Assembly (NCBI GenBank): GCA_043228905.1
Contig: JBHGNT010000018.1
Coordinates: forward strand, 2,976,001 to 3,040,000
Direction: 5' to 3'
DNA: 64,000 bases
Source: Azolla caroliniana
Taxonomy: Eukaryota; Plantae; Polypodiophyta
The notes beneath the pieces were generated by a model. The model was given only the letters and a program-made list of their open reading frames with translations, was not told the origin of the DNA and did no database searches. Below, piece by piece: positions 12,601-25,824 of the stretch (positions within the stretch are counted from its first letter, which is position 1; every line of letters starts with the position of its first letter). A program made the translations under genes and the position numbers.

Positions 12601-15600
12601 CACAAGATGTTTCATGTTTGTATTACTACAATGGCAAATAGTGCTTCATAAAAGAAAAACGGTTACTTTATATAACACATGTTTGCATTGTATATCACAT
12701 GATTTTTTCATATATCGTATGATTGTTTTCTTTTGTTTTCTATACACCCACCTACAATACAGTTGAAACGTACGAGCTGTGGGATCGTATTTTGTGCGAA
12801 TGGTCAAAACTGGAGTTCCGGCTTGTGAATACCTATTCCAGAAATCCTCAAGTTAAAATACTAAAAGCTCACATACCGAGCACATTGCTAAGTTACCCAA
12901 ATTCCATGCTTAACAAAAAAATCTATTACAAAATAAATTTACACTATTCACACATACCACAATGAGAAGTTGCCCAAATCTGCATTATTTGCATCGCGCA
13001 TTGCAGCAAGAAAATCATCACAAGTCACTGCTTGGCCATCATGTCGTTCAAAATAAAGATCCATCCCCTATATATACATTTACAAAAGTAAACTTCAAAT
13101 ATAATAAACATCGCACTGACTAACATTTTCAGAAAATTACCTTCCTGAACCCTTGCTTTGTAAGAAGAGTTTGATACATTCGAACTACCTCGGCACCCTA
13201 TACATAAATGAGCTTATTAACTATAAAAGTACTTTCTAAAATCATTGAATAAAACAAAAAGTGTGCATAGGATGTTATTATATTACCTTTTCATAAACCT
13301 GTTTCCACAAATAAATGGCCACCAACGAGTACAAGTAAATATCATCATCATTTTAAATAAAAACAAAAGCAGAGAAGTTCTCAAAAAAAAAAAAAAATAC
13401 CGTGACTGTAAAGAATTCCAGATACAATTTGTCAAAAATCAGAAAAAACTTAAGTCAGTACCAAAGCATGATATGTGCCAATACAATTCTTAAGCAATGA
13501 CACAAAAGAAGAATTATGGATGTACCTGTGTAAAAATTGTCCATCTGTTTGGCAGAAATAAAAAACATGTAAGCAGCAGATAACATAATAAAGGTATAAG
13601 CATAGCTATAAAAGAAAGAACAGTTCAATCTACATACCTTTATGTATGAATGAGGCCTAACTGGATGAGCCATGGGACCTCCATCCTGAAGTAACAATTT
13701 ATTATTTAAAATATTCCCCTCATCCCTGTGAAGTAAATACAGAAGAATCAGGCACGTCACTCATAAAGGATTACCTGAGGAAACTGTGATATACGAAGGC
13801 GCAGCACATCAGATATACGTTTTACAGCTCGGCTCCCCATGTCAGAAGAGAATTCCTATAGAAAAGCATAACATATGATTTATAAAAGACACAGACAGGA
13901 AAAAGTGTTTGAAGTCAAAAACTCTTTATTATTTCTGGTAAGGCTTTCATTAAGCAAATTGCCTGATCTCTAAATACAGTAAGCCCCTCCTTCAAACTTA
14001 GTTGAAACCAATCTCTGCATGTCACCCTGTAATAACAATTGGCCAAAACATGTCACCATTTTACTAGCTTTGAACATATCAGTAATAACGTAATATCAGC
14101 CCATACCTGTTTCCGGTCCAATTGTGGAAGTACTGAAGTTGAAGTACAACAATTTCATACAGCACGCAATAATTTATTTCAGTCCATCATAGTCTATTAT
14201 CATACTTCATTAACCAAATGCTAAACTGCATATGAAAGGGAACGTGATCAAACCTCATGGCCAATTACACCAAGAATTGCAGCATAATCACTGTCGCTTG
14301 CTGTTTCCGGAGAAGCCAATACCAATCTTGAGTTGAAAATCTAGAAAGGGGAAAAAACAGATCAAAAGCAAGAAGAGATTGACATAGGAATAAAAGTTAC
14401 AAAAGTAGACACTCACATTCAAACTCTTGTTCTCCATTGCTCCCCTTGATACATGAAAATAATAACAATGTTTGTTAATTCACAAATATTTTCACCATCA
14501 CGAAAGAGAAAATCCAATGCAATATTCATCATTTGAAGAAGTTACATGTTGAAATCAGGAACAGCAACAATGTTGAAAAGATCGAGATCATATTCCCGTC
14601 CATACACCTGCAAAAGCAATTCCACATAATGATACCAAATATTACTTACAATCCTGACAGAAAACGTTTTCATGTTAAACCAACCTCTTCATCCCACTTC
14701 ATGGCTGCTTTCAAAGAATACATTGCATGCACAGTCTTTGGTATATCCTGTGCTGGTGTCCAAATACGAAGTGCAACATTACGCCCCGAACATGTGGTAA
14801 AGACATCATCCCGACTTACAAGTTGCCCTGCCACTAAAGCAAACAAGTAGCAGGGCTTCTTGAAAGGGTCCTCCCAAACAGCATAATGCCTACCATCCTG
14901 TTATAACAAAAAAATGTCTAAAATGAGTTCTCTCCCTCTCTCTTTCTTTCATAGCAAAGAATATAAAGATAATAACAAAATCTTAAGGCATTATCCAATC
15001 AAGGGACAAAAATCTGAGGAGAAAACATGGTCATAGAACAAATGGGTATACACACCATCATGAGTCAGACTTATACATTACCTGCATGTTTTGGAATTGT
15101 AGTCAATATGCACGTAATGCCCCATGATTGATGTACAAATTTGATCAAAGCTTTACAAAAAGATGGAGGGGTAAATAATTAACAACTATAGGACTTCTTG
15201 CTAATCAAGCTGTAATGTTGGAAGAGGAATGAAAGATAAAGAATCGCATTGATGCTCTATACATGAACACCTTTGAGCACCCTTTGAGCAAAATAGGGAC
15301 ACATGGATTTTACTTTGTTTGGCTATAAGCCTATTTCCATGATTGGAGAGCAGTAAAAAAAATCCACGATCACAATTCACACCCTCATAGTACAACTCAA
15401 AACCCAACTCTAATAAAGTATACCAAAGAGTGCTCTCACTCAAAAAAATCTTAGAGGCAAAGTGCTTGTCCGTCATATAGGGTTCCTCCCTTACTCTCAC
15501 TACAGAATCTTTTTCTCACTAGAAACTAAAGACAGAAACTATGATTTTTTGGCTTCCCAAAAATTTTGCTTATACACAACAAAACTAGATTAAAAAGAAG

Positions 15601-18600
15601 TATATGTAGATTATATTATCCTAAGCCTCACTAGAATATCCAAAATCCTGGCATGTCTCTTAACTGCGGTTATTGATGTTAAAATTTATATCTAGCATTC
15701 TTACTACTATCAAACCCTCCTGGGTGTCTGTATTAAGCACAAAATCACCCTTGCCAACTAGGTTGCCATCACTACAGTATTTGGGTTCTCTAATCTCTCC
15801 ATGTCCACCACTCGACATCCTTCATGTGGACATGTTTTTTTATTGTGATCAGCTACACCTGGTGCAAGACATTCTTTGATCAGTTTCATCAAGTTCCTTA
15901 TAAAATTGAGCATATAACTTTTCTCTTCATCTACTGGCTTGTTTACTCCTCAGTATCTTCCAATTCAACTTGAATTTATCGATGCTAACATGTCTTACCT
16001 CTTTCATACTTTCGTATCTTTCAATAAGCACAAATTGGAGAAAATAATACATTAATCACTACAATTTCTTAGTGGCCAATCTATTGCCTTCAAAAAGGAA
16101 AACATACTTCGCAAATAATACATTAATCCCTACAATTTCTTAACGGCCAATCTATTGCCTTCAATAAGGAAAACGATCTCCAATTTCTCCCACATACTTC
16201 TAATGAGGAACCTTGAGCTAGAGGCCTGGATACACCTCTTTCAAGATGAGAGTGTCCATATCCACAATATAGGAGCTTCATTAGAAATTCTCTTTCGAAT
16301 GAAAGGTGCTACATAAGCACTTGCAACCCATACTTATGTCTTATAACCTCATATTCTATTTAATTTTAAATGCATATACAGTATTTACTGTAAATTGAAA
16401 AAGATGATAAGGGGTTAGATATAATTTAATTTAGACTGTTTAAATGTAAATAACCCATACTTATGTCTTATAACCTCATGTTTTTTTTTAATTTAAATGC
16501 GTAAACGGTATTTACTGTAAATTGAAAAAGATGATAAGGGGTTAGATATAATTTAATTTAGACTGTTTAAATGTAAATAACCCATACTTATGTCTTATAA
16601 CCTCATATTCTATTTAATTTTAAATGCATATACGGTATTTACTGAATATTGAAAAAGATGATAAGGGGTTAGCTATAATTTAATTTAGACTGTTTAAATG
16701 TAAATACTAAATAGTATGATATGCTTATTATCTATACTATAACTATTTGGATTTAGTATCATTACCAGGGGTCATGGTTCCCCATGGGACATGAAACAGT
16801 CTGATTCTCCACATATTTACTATTCCATTTCTCCTGTTCTGATATTGTAGGCTATGCTTATTATATACAATATAACTATTTGAATTTAGTATCATTTCCA
16901 GGGGTCATGGTTCACCATGGGACATGAAATAGTCTGATTCTCCACATATTTACTATTCCATTTCTTCTGTTCTGAGATTGTAGGCTATGCTCTTGAAGCT
17001 TCTTCACATGGGATTTAAGTGAGATAGAAGCTTAAAGGAAAGATGATGGTTAAACATTTACCTTCACTAGATTTGTTGGAAAGTATAGATTGGCAGAACC
17101 AAAGTTCAAACTACAATGCTATTAATCATCCGAACATCAGTGCATCGGTACTAAATAGTTACAAAAAAGTTTCGCACTTACAGAAAGATCCCCTTGATCA
17201 ACAAGATTTCCATTGGAAAGAAGCACAGGATACAAAGACTTATCTGCTTCGATTCTCGTGGTAAATTTAGCCATGATATCTGGTCGATCCTGATTTTTGA
17301 AACCACATCAAAAGAATATTGTGAAGTAGCAAGCAAAAGAATCCCTTAAACCAAATCCATGGTCATGCTTTCTAGCAAATTTATAGAATTAATTACCTGA
17401 TAGAAGGTTATCTTGCGAAAACCCTCCGCTTCACATTGTGTACAGTAATTTCCCGTTGATTTATATAGCCCCTGTTCAAAATACAACAAAGCAAGAATGA
17501 GTATGAAACACCAAAAATATGGAAGTGCAGGACAAGATTTGATAACAAGACGATAAACCTCTAGACTAGTGTTATTTTGAGGTTCAATCTCAGTCGTAAT
17601 CTCCAACTTGAATGTGTTCGAAGGTGGACGATGTAGCACTAGATGGCGAGAAGTTACAGCATAATCTTCTGCCTGCAGATTATCATAGAGAATATGCTTA
17701 CGTAATAGTCTTAAAGATATACTCCTGCATCATGGGCATTTTCTAGTCCAACGACATACTTCTCTATCAGCATATATTGTCCTCAAATGCAATATGAAAG
17801 ACAGCTAACTGTCTATTTATCATACCTTTAGATCTTCACCATTTACTTTAATGGAAACCAGCTTTACATCAACACCATCAAGTCTCAATGGAGCCTGGGA
17901 GCCTATAAATAAAGCAGAGAAAAGTTTTGGCAGGCTAATAAACCTTCATAAATCAGAGAGGCTCTCAAATATAGAATTAACCATCAATTGAAATTTCCAA
18001 CCTAACATATTTAACAGCATTAGCTGGTAGAAAACTAATATGCCTGAGACTACCAAAAGAAATAGAACGCGGTAGACAAGACGATTACAGCGCATAAATG
18101 CTAGAAAAATGAAAAAAATGACCAAAACAAACTTAAAAATACCTATAATGCATAACAAGAACTATATTGAACGAGTGAAGAAAACACTATTGTATGGAAG
18201 CTTGAATCAACTAACAAAAACACAGCAGACTGAGCACCAACAGATATGCATCTCACCATTGCATATAGTAAACATTAGTTCATGAAGAGATATAACCACA
18301 TCTAATTAGGTGAGGAGATCACAGTCTAGATTTTTTTTAAATGTAAGCAGCAAAGTATTTGGGATATACCTTGCAAACGGCTGGAAACAGAGATGGTTGA
18401 ATGCACAGTGGTGTGCTCCTCTCCCAAAAGAAAGCTTAAAAATACCTTTAAGCATCAGATAACAGAGTACTAATGAATATCATAAACAAGGATATACTTT
18501 GCTACTTCAATTTTGGCCAAAAAATAATATGCTTTAAACATAAAGTTCACTCTTTGAAAAATAATATGCTTTAAACATAAAGTTCACTTTTTCCTGAATA

Positions 18601-20165
18601 GGGATGAATCCTGGAATATTAACCTCTGATACATGAACTGGGAAACAATTGCATCTTTGCGGTTTAACATTATAAAGAACATTATAAAGTTTCGCTCGCA
18701 ACTTGTACATCTGGTTTAACAAAGGAAAGTATGCATGAAGACATAACTTACCGTATCAAAGTAGTAATCAGGAACCTTGTAGTCCTTCAAGAATATTTCC
18801 ACTGGAGTTTCTTGGGCCATCTCTTCTTTTGATTTTAGTGCCGATGGATTTGCAGCTACAGTGCAAAAAAATCTTCCAACCCCTGCAAAAGTTTCCTATG
18901 ATACGAACATGGACAATTAACCATTCCACATAATCCAGCACAAATTTATTAAAAGAGAAGAAAACCGCCCTAGCTTTCTGGATATATTTACCAGAATCCC
19001 CCTTCCCAGCAGGGAATTCAGTGGAGGAACAAGATCTTCTATCCCTCTGGTTAATTTTTGAAAAGTTTTAGGGGCATTCTGATAATTATCCAGCAAGTTA
19101 TGGGTATGTTTTGGTATTTCCCCTTGAAAAATATTTGCCTTGCAAAATGCAGTAGAAAAACTACGTACAAGTAATAGTGAGGATTTTGGTGAAATCCACA
19201 CCGATGATCTCAAATCCTGAAACGCAATTTAATTCAGTACTATAATCCATGATATCACAAATGTCGATCTTTTGTATAAACTCAATCTTACCCTAAAACC
19301 ACAGCGGCGGCTTGATTTGAAATGATTCTTCTTTAAGATATTATATGAGCCTACCCTCTGCAACAAAAGGCAGAAAAAATTTATATTATATTATATTCTT
19401 GTTTACCATCATTGTATTGTAAAGGCATTGATACAGAGTAAAATCAAACACTGCTGGTAAGAGATTAATTTTCTCTCGCAATTTTATATTATTGAGCGGT
19501 ATCCAAAACAATTCATAAAACTGAATTGAATCAATGAATGAAATTGAGCAAGCTTTAAAATTATATAAAACCCATGGAATATAAGTTACAACGCTCAAAA
19601 TGGTGTATTCCTCTTCTATCTAAATACATTCAAACTTACCAATAAACATATTGAGAAAGATGAAGATTTTATGCAAACAAACAAAAAACACACACCGAAT
19701 TCTCTTTAACCCAAATATTGAGAAGATTCCAATAGCTCAAATTTGACAAGGAAAATGACGAAAACAGGCTAAAGAAAGACCAGAAACAGATAACAAAGCC
19801 AGCAAATTTAAGGGCAGCATATACAAGATCATGAACAAATAGGACAGAAAAAGTATAAAAAATGGAAGAAAACGAAATACAAGTTTTAATAGGGAAGAAA
19901 TAGGTGCAAGGAACCATGGAGAAACGGAAGCTTGTTGGCTCAAGAAGCTATGGAAGCAGAAGCAGAAGCAAAATCCAGCTTACTCAATGAGAAGACTAAA
20001 CGAGAGTGAGAGAGAGAGGGAGAAGATAAACAAATCAAACAGTGACAGTAATAAAGATTAATACATTCAGTTAAAAAAATAAAAAGTAGGAGGAATCACA
20101 GAATAGTGGAAGCTTGATGAAGAAATCAGGGAAGCAGAAGCAAACCCAACAACAAATCTTGCCAT
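6677..20165 (-). CDS. M1 family aminopeptidase (PepN-like / puromycin-sensitive aminopeptidase), ~33 exons, apparently intact
   Basis: Manual splicing gives MARFVVG... (20165), [16 protein letters not shown] (18752-18895), [55 protein letters not shown] (14417-14444), GHE|YFHNWTGNR (HEXXH; second exon 14107-14132), [22 protein letters not shown]|VT|VYEK|[22 protein letters not shown]|VYSLVGGF, and ...[11 protein letters not shown] (TGA 6679-6677). Introns are GT-AG except one GC-AG. Exon 1-4 junctions are less certain. Confidence 0.95.
8050..8270 (+). mobile_element. Degenerate retrotransposon gag-like fragment in an aminopeptidase intron
   Basis: Translates to ...[20 protein letters not shown], resembling the gag 'PxTLxEAIxxA' segment; broken by stops. 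Confidence 0.3.
9220..11530 (-). mobile_element. Highly degenerate LINE-like remnant filling the 2.7-kb intron
   Basis: Composition differs from neighbouring introns, with a TVEH-like zinc-knuckle remnant near 9300-9330; no intact ORF. Contains local tandem duplications at 9825-9997 (~83 bp x2) and 10025-10280 (~131 bp x2). Confidence 0.3.
16325..16706. repeat. Intronic tandem repeat, 127 bp x3
   Basis: AACCCATACTTATGTCTTATAACCTC... starts at 16325, 16452 and 16579. Confidence 0.92.
16721..16991. repeat. Intronic tandem repeat, 133 bp x2
   Basis: ATGCTTATTAT...TTGTAGGCT starts at 16721 and 16854. Confidence 0.92.
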
Positions 20166-20392
20166 GTCCTTTTCTGTTCCGTTTCCGTTTCCTTCTCTAT
20201 TCTTTTCTTTCTATAAGTTTTCTTCTGCTTCTCCTTCTTCTTCTTCTTCTTCTTCGCCTTTGCTTTTCTGGTGGAGGATATTGTTCTTTGGGGGAGAGGG
20301 AGAGAAAGAAAAGGAACCAAAAGAGCAAAGAAACAAGAAGGATGAAATAAATAAGAAGATGGAGATGAAGATGGAGTCAAATCTCTGAATCT

Positions 20393-20452
20393 GTGTGTGT
20401 GTGAGAGAGAGACAGACAGACAGACAGACAGAGACAGAGACAGAGACAGAGA
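20393..20452. repeat. Compound (GT)/(GA)/(GACA)/(GAGACA) microsatellite in the putative 5'UTR intron
   Basis: Read directly. A - strand donor CCAG|GTAACA near 20480 suggests a non-coding first exon at ~20480-20580. Confidence 0.8.
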
Positions 20453-20585
20453 TTTTGTATGTATTTCTTCTTTGTTACCTGGAGATGGCAGGGATGGATA
20501 GACTGATGAGAGGAGGATTAAGGCTTTCCTTTGGACAGTAAGCTTCCTGCAGCAGCAAGACTACAAAGAAGAAGGAAGATGACCT

Positions 20586-20703
20586 ACATACATACATGCA
20601 TACATACATACATACATACATACATACATGATCCATACATACATACATACATACATACATGATCCATACACACATACATACATCGATCCATCCATCCATA
20701 CAT
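20586..20703. repeat. (CATA)n/(CATC)n microsatellite, piece 1
   Basis: Read directly; abuts the left end of the MULE. Confidence 0.95.
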
Positions 20704-21324
20704 GCTCGTGACTAACTACTACCAAAAATTTAAGAGGGAATCGGCGGGCGTGGACGGTGCCGATGGCACGTCCGATCTCCACCGCCCCCAATGTGGATAA
20801 ATCGCTGCCAACGTCTTGTCACCGGGAGCCCGACTCCCCCTGTCAGCATCTGTCACCCAAATCCCGACTCTGTCACAAGGAGCCCCCGTTGTCTGACGGC
20901 ATCTATCACCAGGAGCCCGACTCTGTGTCACAAGGAGCCCTGCTATCTGACAACCTCTGTAACCAGGAGCCCCGCTATTTGACAGCCTTTGTAACCAAGA
21001 ACCCAGCTCTGTGTTACAAGGAGCCCCGTTATCTGACAACCTTTGTAACTAGGAGCCCAACTTAGAAACAAACATCAAAAACTCCCAAAAATGGTAAGTG
21101 TACAACAAATATTTGCCATGAAAATGATCATAAAATTACTCAAAACAACCTAAGCTTCCAATTGCTCAAAACCTGAAACTTAAAATTCAAAAATCACACA
21201 AAGTTATATCTCCAAGCTTCAAATAACAAATCAACTTAAAGATTCAAATAACAAGTCTTACATCAAAGATTAAACTAAAAGGAAATATGAATACATACAT
21301 TACATATTAAGATTATGGCTCATG

Positions 21325-23867
21325 TCAGGATGATGGCAAGATGCAACCACAATTTTTACAACATGTAACAATCGAGTCCCTTGAAGTCAAGGTCAAGCCG
21401 TCGCAACGCAAACACCAAAACTTCTCATGGTCACATATTGGCAATCGCCTCCTAGCCCGACTTGCACCTCTTTGTAGTTTTCCGGTGTGGGATTTGGAAG
21501 TGTTTGGGGAGTTGCCAATAAGTTTTTGCAAGATGTTTATTGTTGCGCTTCTTTTGGCACCGATTTGTTGGTTGCGACTAATTGATCTACCATCTTCTTC
21601 ATTGGTCGATTTTGGTGCACCAACGCGATACACCTCTCGGCCACATCTTCCAATGTTTGTATACATTCCCAAGTAGTATGGTCAAAGGTTCCTAACCCTT
21701 GCTCGAGACATTGAAGTGCTTCCTCGACTGTTTGTGCTTCCTCAATGATTCAATCTCGGATGTTGTGGGGTTTGTCTCCCCGACTTGTTCTACCTCTGCC
21801 TCCACTTCTATTTTTGTATTATGGTCCATTCGCATTTGGGACGTGTGATCTATAAAAGGCAATGAGCCACATAAATGTGGCATATGTCTCTCAATGATCA
21901 TTCGGATACCAAGTAAATGCTTACATTTACTCGCAAGGTTTTGGCAATCACAATATGAGCATTGGAGTGAGACATTATACCATAGAGTGGGAGTCGTCAT
22001 GCTCAAGATTCTAAACCAATATTGGGCCTCGTCCACGATTTGCATTGTGGAAGTATCGTCGACATACCTTTCCAATATTGTCTCTGCATCTTTAAGTTGG
22101 GACCTTTGATTCCTACAATTTGCGAGGGGTGCAAACCGACCACTCTCACAATTTTCTTGTCGTTGCTTGTACCACTCTATGATCGTTCCTCCGATGCAAG
22201 TGACAGTTTCATTGTCCCCGATTAAGACATGCACAAGGTCGGTAATTGATTGGTTTATTTTTCCTCTCAAGGCAGTATACTTGATAAACTGCCAATGTCT
22301 TTCCACGATATTGGTAGTGTCAACATGTCCATAGTTGAACATTCTACCAAACCTGGGCTAGAGTTTCCTCCACACACATGTCAAACCACACCATCCTCCT
22401 TCTATATATTGCCAAACACCGGGCTTTTCTACATATTCTACCTTTAACTCCTCACACATTGCATTGAATGTGGATTCAACAATGCATTGCATCAATTGGC
22501 ACATTGGTTGATAAAGATGACTTCTCTCAGTTGCACTTACTTTTGGCAACAAGTTGTCCACCCATGACTTTTTGGCGTGAAGCTGACACAACAAAAGTCG
22601 ACTATGTGTTTGCGATCGTTGCCCATTTACAACAATCCAAGATTGACGGTCTATTACAACCACATTAGTTATGGCATTATATGATGTCCAACATTTATCA
22701 ATCATTATTGCATTTGGCCTCACCGTGGGAGTGCATAGGCATCGTGGTTGTCTGGCAGGAGATACTGGTTCACCATGCAGGTAGGGTTGAGCATGAGCCA
22801 ATTTCCCAAAATCTCGGAGTGCATAGGCATCTTGCATCATCAAAGCCCAGTCAACCTTAATCATGACACTCCCAATTTTTAACCTATTTGCCATGTTATG
22901 GACCTCCTTTGGTATCATAAAGAACCTATAGCTAACAAGCTCTAATGCACTAGCCTTGGACTTATGATATGCTACCTTACACATGCTCATTCGTGCCACA
23001 CGCCTTGCACACCCAACATCAAATAAGTCATCCCCATAATTCATTCAAACGTCCACATGGAATGGACACCCACATCAGAGTGTGCACCAACGTCGTCGAG
23101 TGGAATTAGACGCAAGTCGAGATGTCCCAACACGATGACAACTATACCTAATCACATGCATACCCTTCTTGACTCCTTTCCTTAAGCGTGTGTGATACTT
23201 AGTTTGCAAATCCGTGAGCACAACATGTAACTAGTGCCCTGATCACTTCTATGGGTAGGGTCTTGTTATATTTGGCCATGCTCAATCCCAAACCTTCATT
23301 CGGGTCGACCTTCGACACCATTTGGCAACCACAACTTCTAGTGAGTGCTTTTACGTACTCCATTGCAATGCCATAATCACGTACATCAGTTGCATAATCC
23401 TGCTTTAACTCTTTAAGAGTCTTTGAAAACGTGTTATGGGATGTGTGACCATGTGATGCTAATACTACCTCCCTCCATTTCTTGACATATATTACTTGAA
23501 TATTAGGTGATGCCACTAGGTAGATTGCACTCTCATTCCTGAGTATGAGACAACTCTTCATGCGCCTCCATGCATGGAGATTGAGAGGTGCACCCCTTGT
23601 GACATCATGTAATGCTTCTAATGTTACCTTAACTTGTCCCAATAGATCTTTAACCATCAAATCATACATACCTATTGATAATGCAAAATACTTGGGGGAA
23701 CAATACATGAAGGGATCCACCACCTCATCCTCACGATCAAAATCAGATGACTCAAAAGGCATCTCCAATTCGTCCTCAAATACAAACGATGCATTGGACG
23801 GCCATGACGTATCCTCCAATTCATCTTCCGACATGGCAAAGACACCATGATGCATTGTGCTCTCCAT
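21325..23867 (-). pseudogene. MULE transposase with SWIM zinc finger, interrupted by stops/frameshifts
   Basis: PNAIMIDKCWTSYNAI (catalytic D), LLLCQLHAKKSW (CxxH), DTTNIVERHWQFIK (catalytic E), CDCQNLASKCKH (SWIM). In-frame TAG at 22358-22360 where W is expected. Confidence 0.9.
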
Positions 23868-25229
23868 AGATGGTCGTGGTCGATTACTACGGTGATTGAA
23901 GTGAACGAATACAATGTGATCGAGAATCTAGTGATTGAGGTAACTGAAGTGAATGTGAGTGATTATGCTAATGAATGAAGTGAATGAATTCAAATGAATG
24001 CAAATGATTGAAGTTCAAATTAATTCAATGTAATCAATAATGCACATGAATGAAGTGGATGATTTCAACTCTTCTTCAAAGATTTAGCTCGAGATTGATT
24101 TCAGCACTTCGAGCCTTGATTTCAGCTCTTAGTGAATGATCGAGAATGCCAACTGTTCATAAATGTTTTTTGTGATTTGACTATGATTGAGGTGAATGAA
24201 ATTAGTGCGAGTGATTAATAGACTGTGAATGATCTGAATGATTTCAACTCTTAGTGAATGAGTTCACCTCTTAGTGCATGCTAGTGACTTTGGTGAATCA
24301 ATTTAGTATGATTGTTGCAACGCCATCATTACACGTAGTTGGGCACCTGCCTATTAATGAGTCAGGCTCTTCATTAATCAGTCAGACTCCCTCCTTTGAT
24401 ATGAGTCGGACTCCTCATTAATCAGTCGGGGTTCCTCCTTTAACATGAGCCGGGCTCCTCACTAGAACAAATGGAATGTTGAAATCAATTAAGCTTCCAA
24501 GTGATATATGCCGGTAATTGATTATTGAGGATTTCGAACATAATTTTCAACATTAAAACTTGAGGTACACATTTGTGGGGTTTACACATTAAAACTTGAC
24601 CTACACATTTTGAAACCTCTCTTTCATCACTTTGTGGGGGCGGGCACATGAACTTTCCTATAGCAATAGAGTATAAATTATACTCCCCATTTAGTGTAGT
24701 GTTCACAGAGCCTATCTTCTCCATTATTGATTTATTAGGGCTATGCAACACTAGTAGAGCATGATTTTAGGCTTCAACTATTCGAGATTGATTTTAGCAC
24801 TAAGACAACATTTACTCCCCCACATTAGTATCATAAAGTGATAAAAAGCTCATCTAAGAAGACCCCCAACCAAGAGACAAGCTTTTACTAAAGCATTACA
24901 ACCCCAATATGTATGAATCAAAAATCTTTAAAAATATAAGGCTTAATCCATTATCTCAAACTCCTCAAGATCTAACTCCACATTGAATAAGATTCACATT
25001 GAGTCATTTACAACCAAGATGAGATTCAAATATTGATTTGATATTACAAAATTAACCATATTGATATGGCAAATAATATACAAAAAAGGTTGGCAACCCG
25101 CATTAGATAATACATCGAGATCATATATTTGATGTTACAAAGTACAACTCTGAATGATTAAAATAACCCTAAGCCCAAATCCTTCGTGCCCATTTTGCTA
25201 TGATTTTCTGAAGGAGCTCCATGTCTTCG

Positions 25230-25824
25230 AATCCAAACCATTGCTCCTTACCCTACACCACAAGATGCCATCAACCCTACGCCCTTACATAAACAAATGC
25301 TCATATTCAATCCTAAGCCATACTTACAAAATCATCGAACTCAAATCCTTGAATGAACTCCTCAACCAACATCCGAATGGTTTGCATCATGTAATACCCA
25401 CAATCTGTCCCATTAGGTTGGGTCGGGATATGCAATACATGGAACCACTCGTTGTTGATGATGCAATGGTCGTGCGCAACGCTGGAGATATGTCAACCAA
25501 ATCACCCAATGTCTTCATGCCGGCAGTCGGATGATTATTCAATGGATCGCAAAAAAAAAAAGGGCTCTACACCTTGGCATCAAGACCTGTAGGAGTCCGC
25601 CACATCTTCATCCAACGCACCCAATGCCCTGAGTGCAATATTGGAATGAAGACATATTCCCATTCAGGGACCTGAGTGAGTATGTATTCTACCTTATCAC
25701 TTTGCCCTTCTAGTTGTACCCATAATGGACCAACAATATGAAACCGCTTGTTGATCTCGAGGGGTAGTGGAAGAGGGTCATCGTCCACGTGGATGTCATC
25801 TCCCCTACAATGCACAACGAACAT
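25230..25824 (-). pseudogene. Ulp1/C48 (SUMO-protease-like) domain inside the MULE
   Basis: EYVFIPILHSGHW (His), FFCDPL (Asp, ~25545) and VLHIPTQPNGTDCGYYMMQ (Gln/Cys, 25383-25438) appear in the order of the Ulp1 catalytic triad, with a frame break near the poly-A at 25551-25561. Confidence 0.82.

Noticed and set aside
6677-20165. Bacterial-like PepN as a recent horizontal transfer
   Set aside because: This PepN-type M1 peptidase is a standard land-plant gene, and here it has ~32 introns.
20114-21065. ORFs with poly-L/K/S, CMYV or RSP repeats
   Set aside because: Translations of microsatellites and MULE subterminal repeats.
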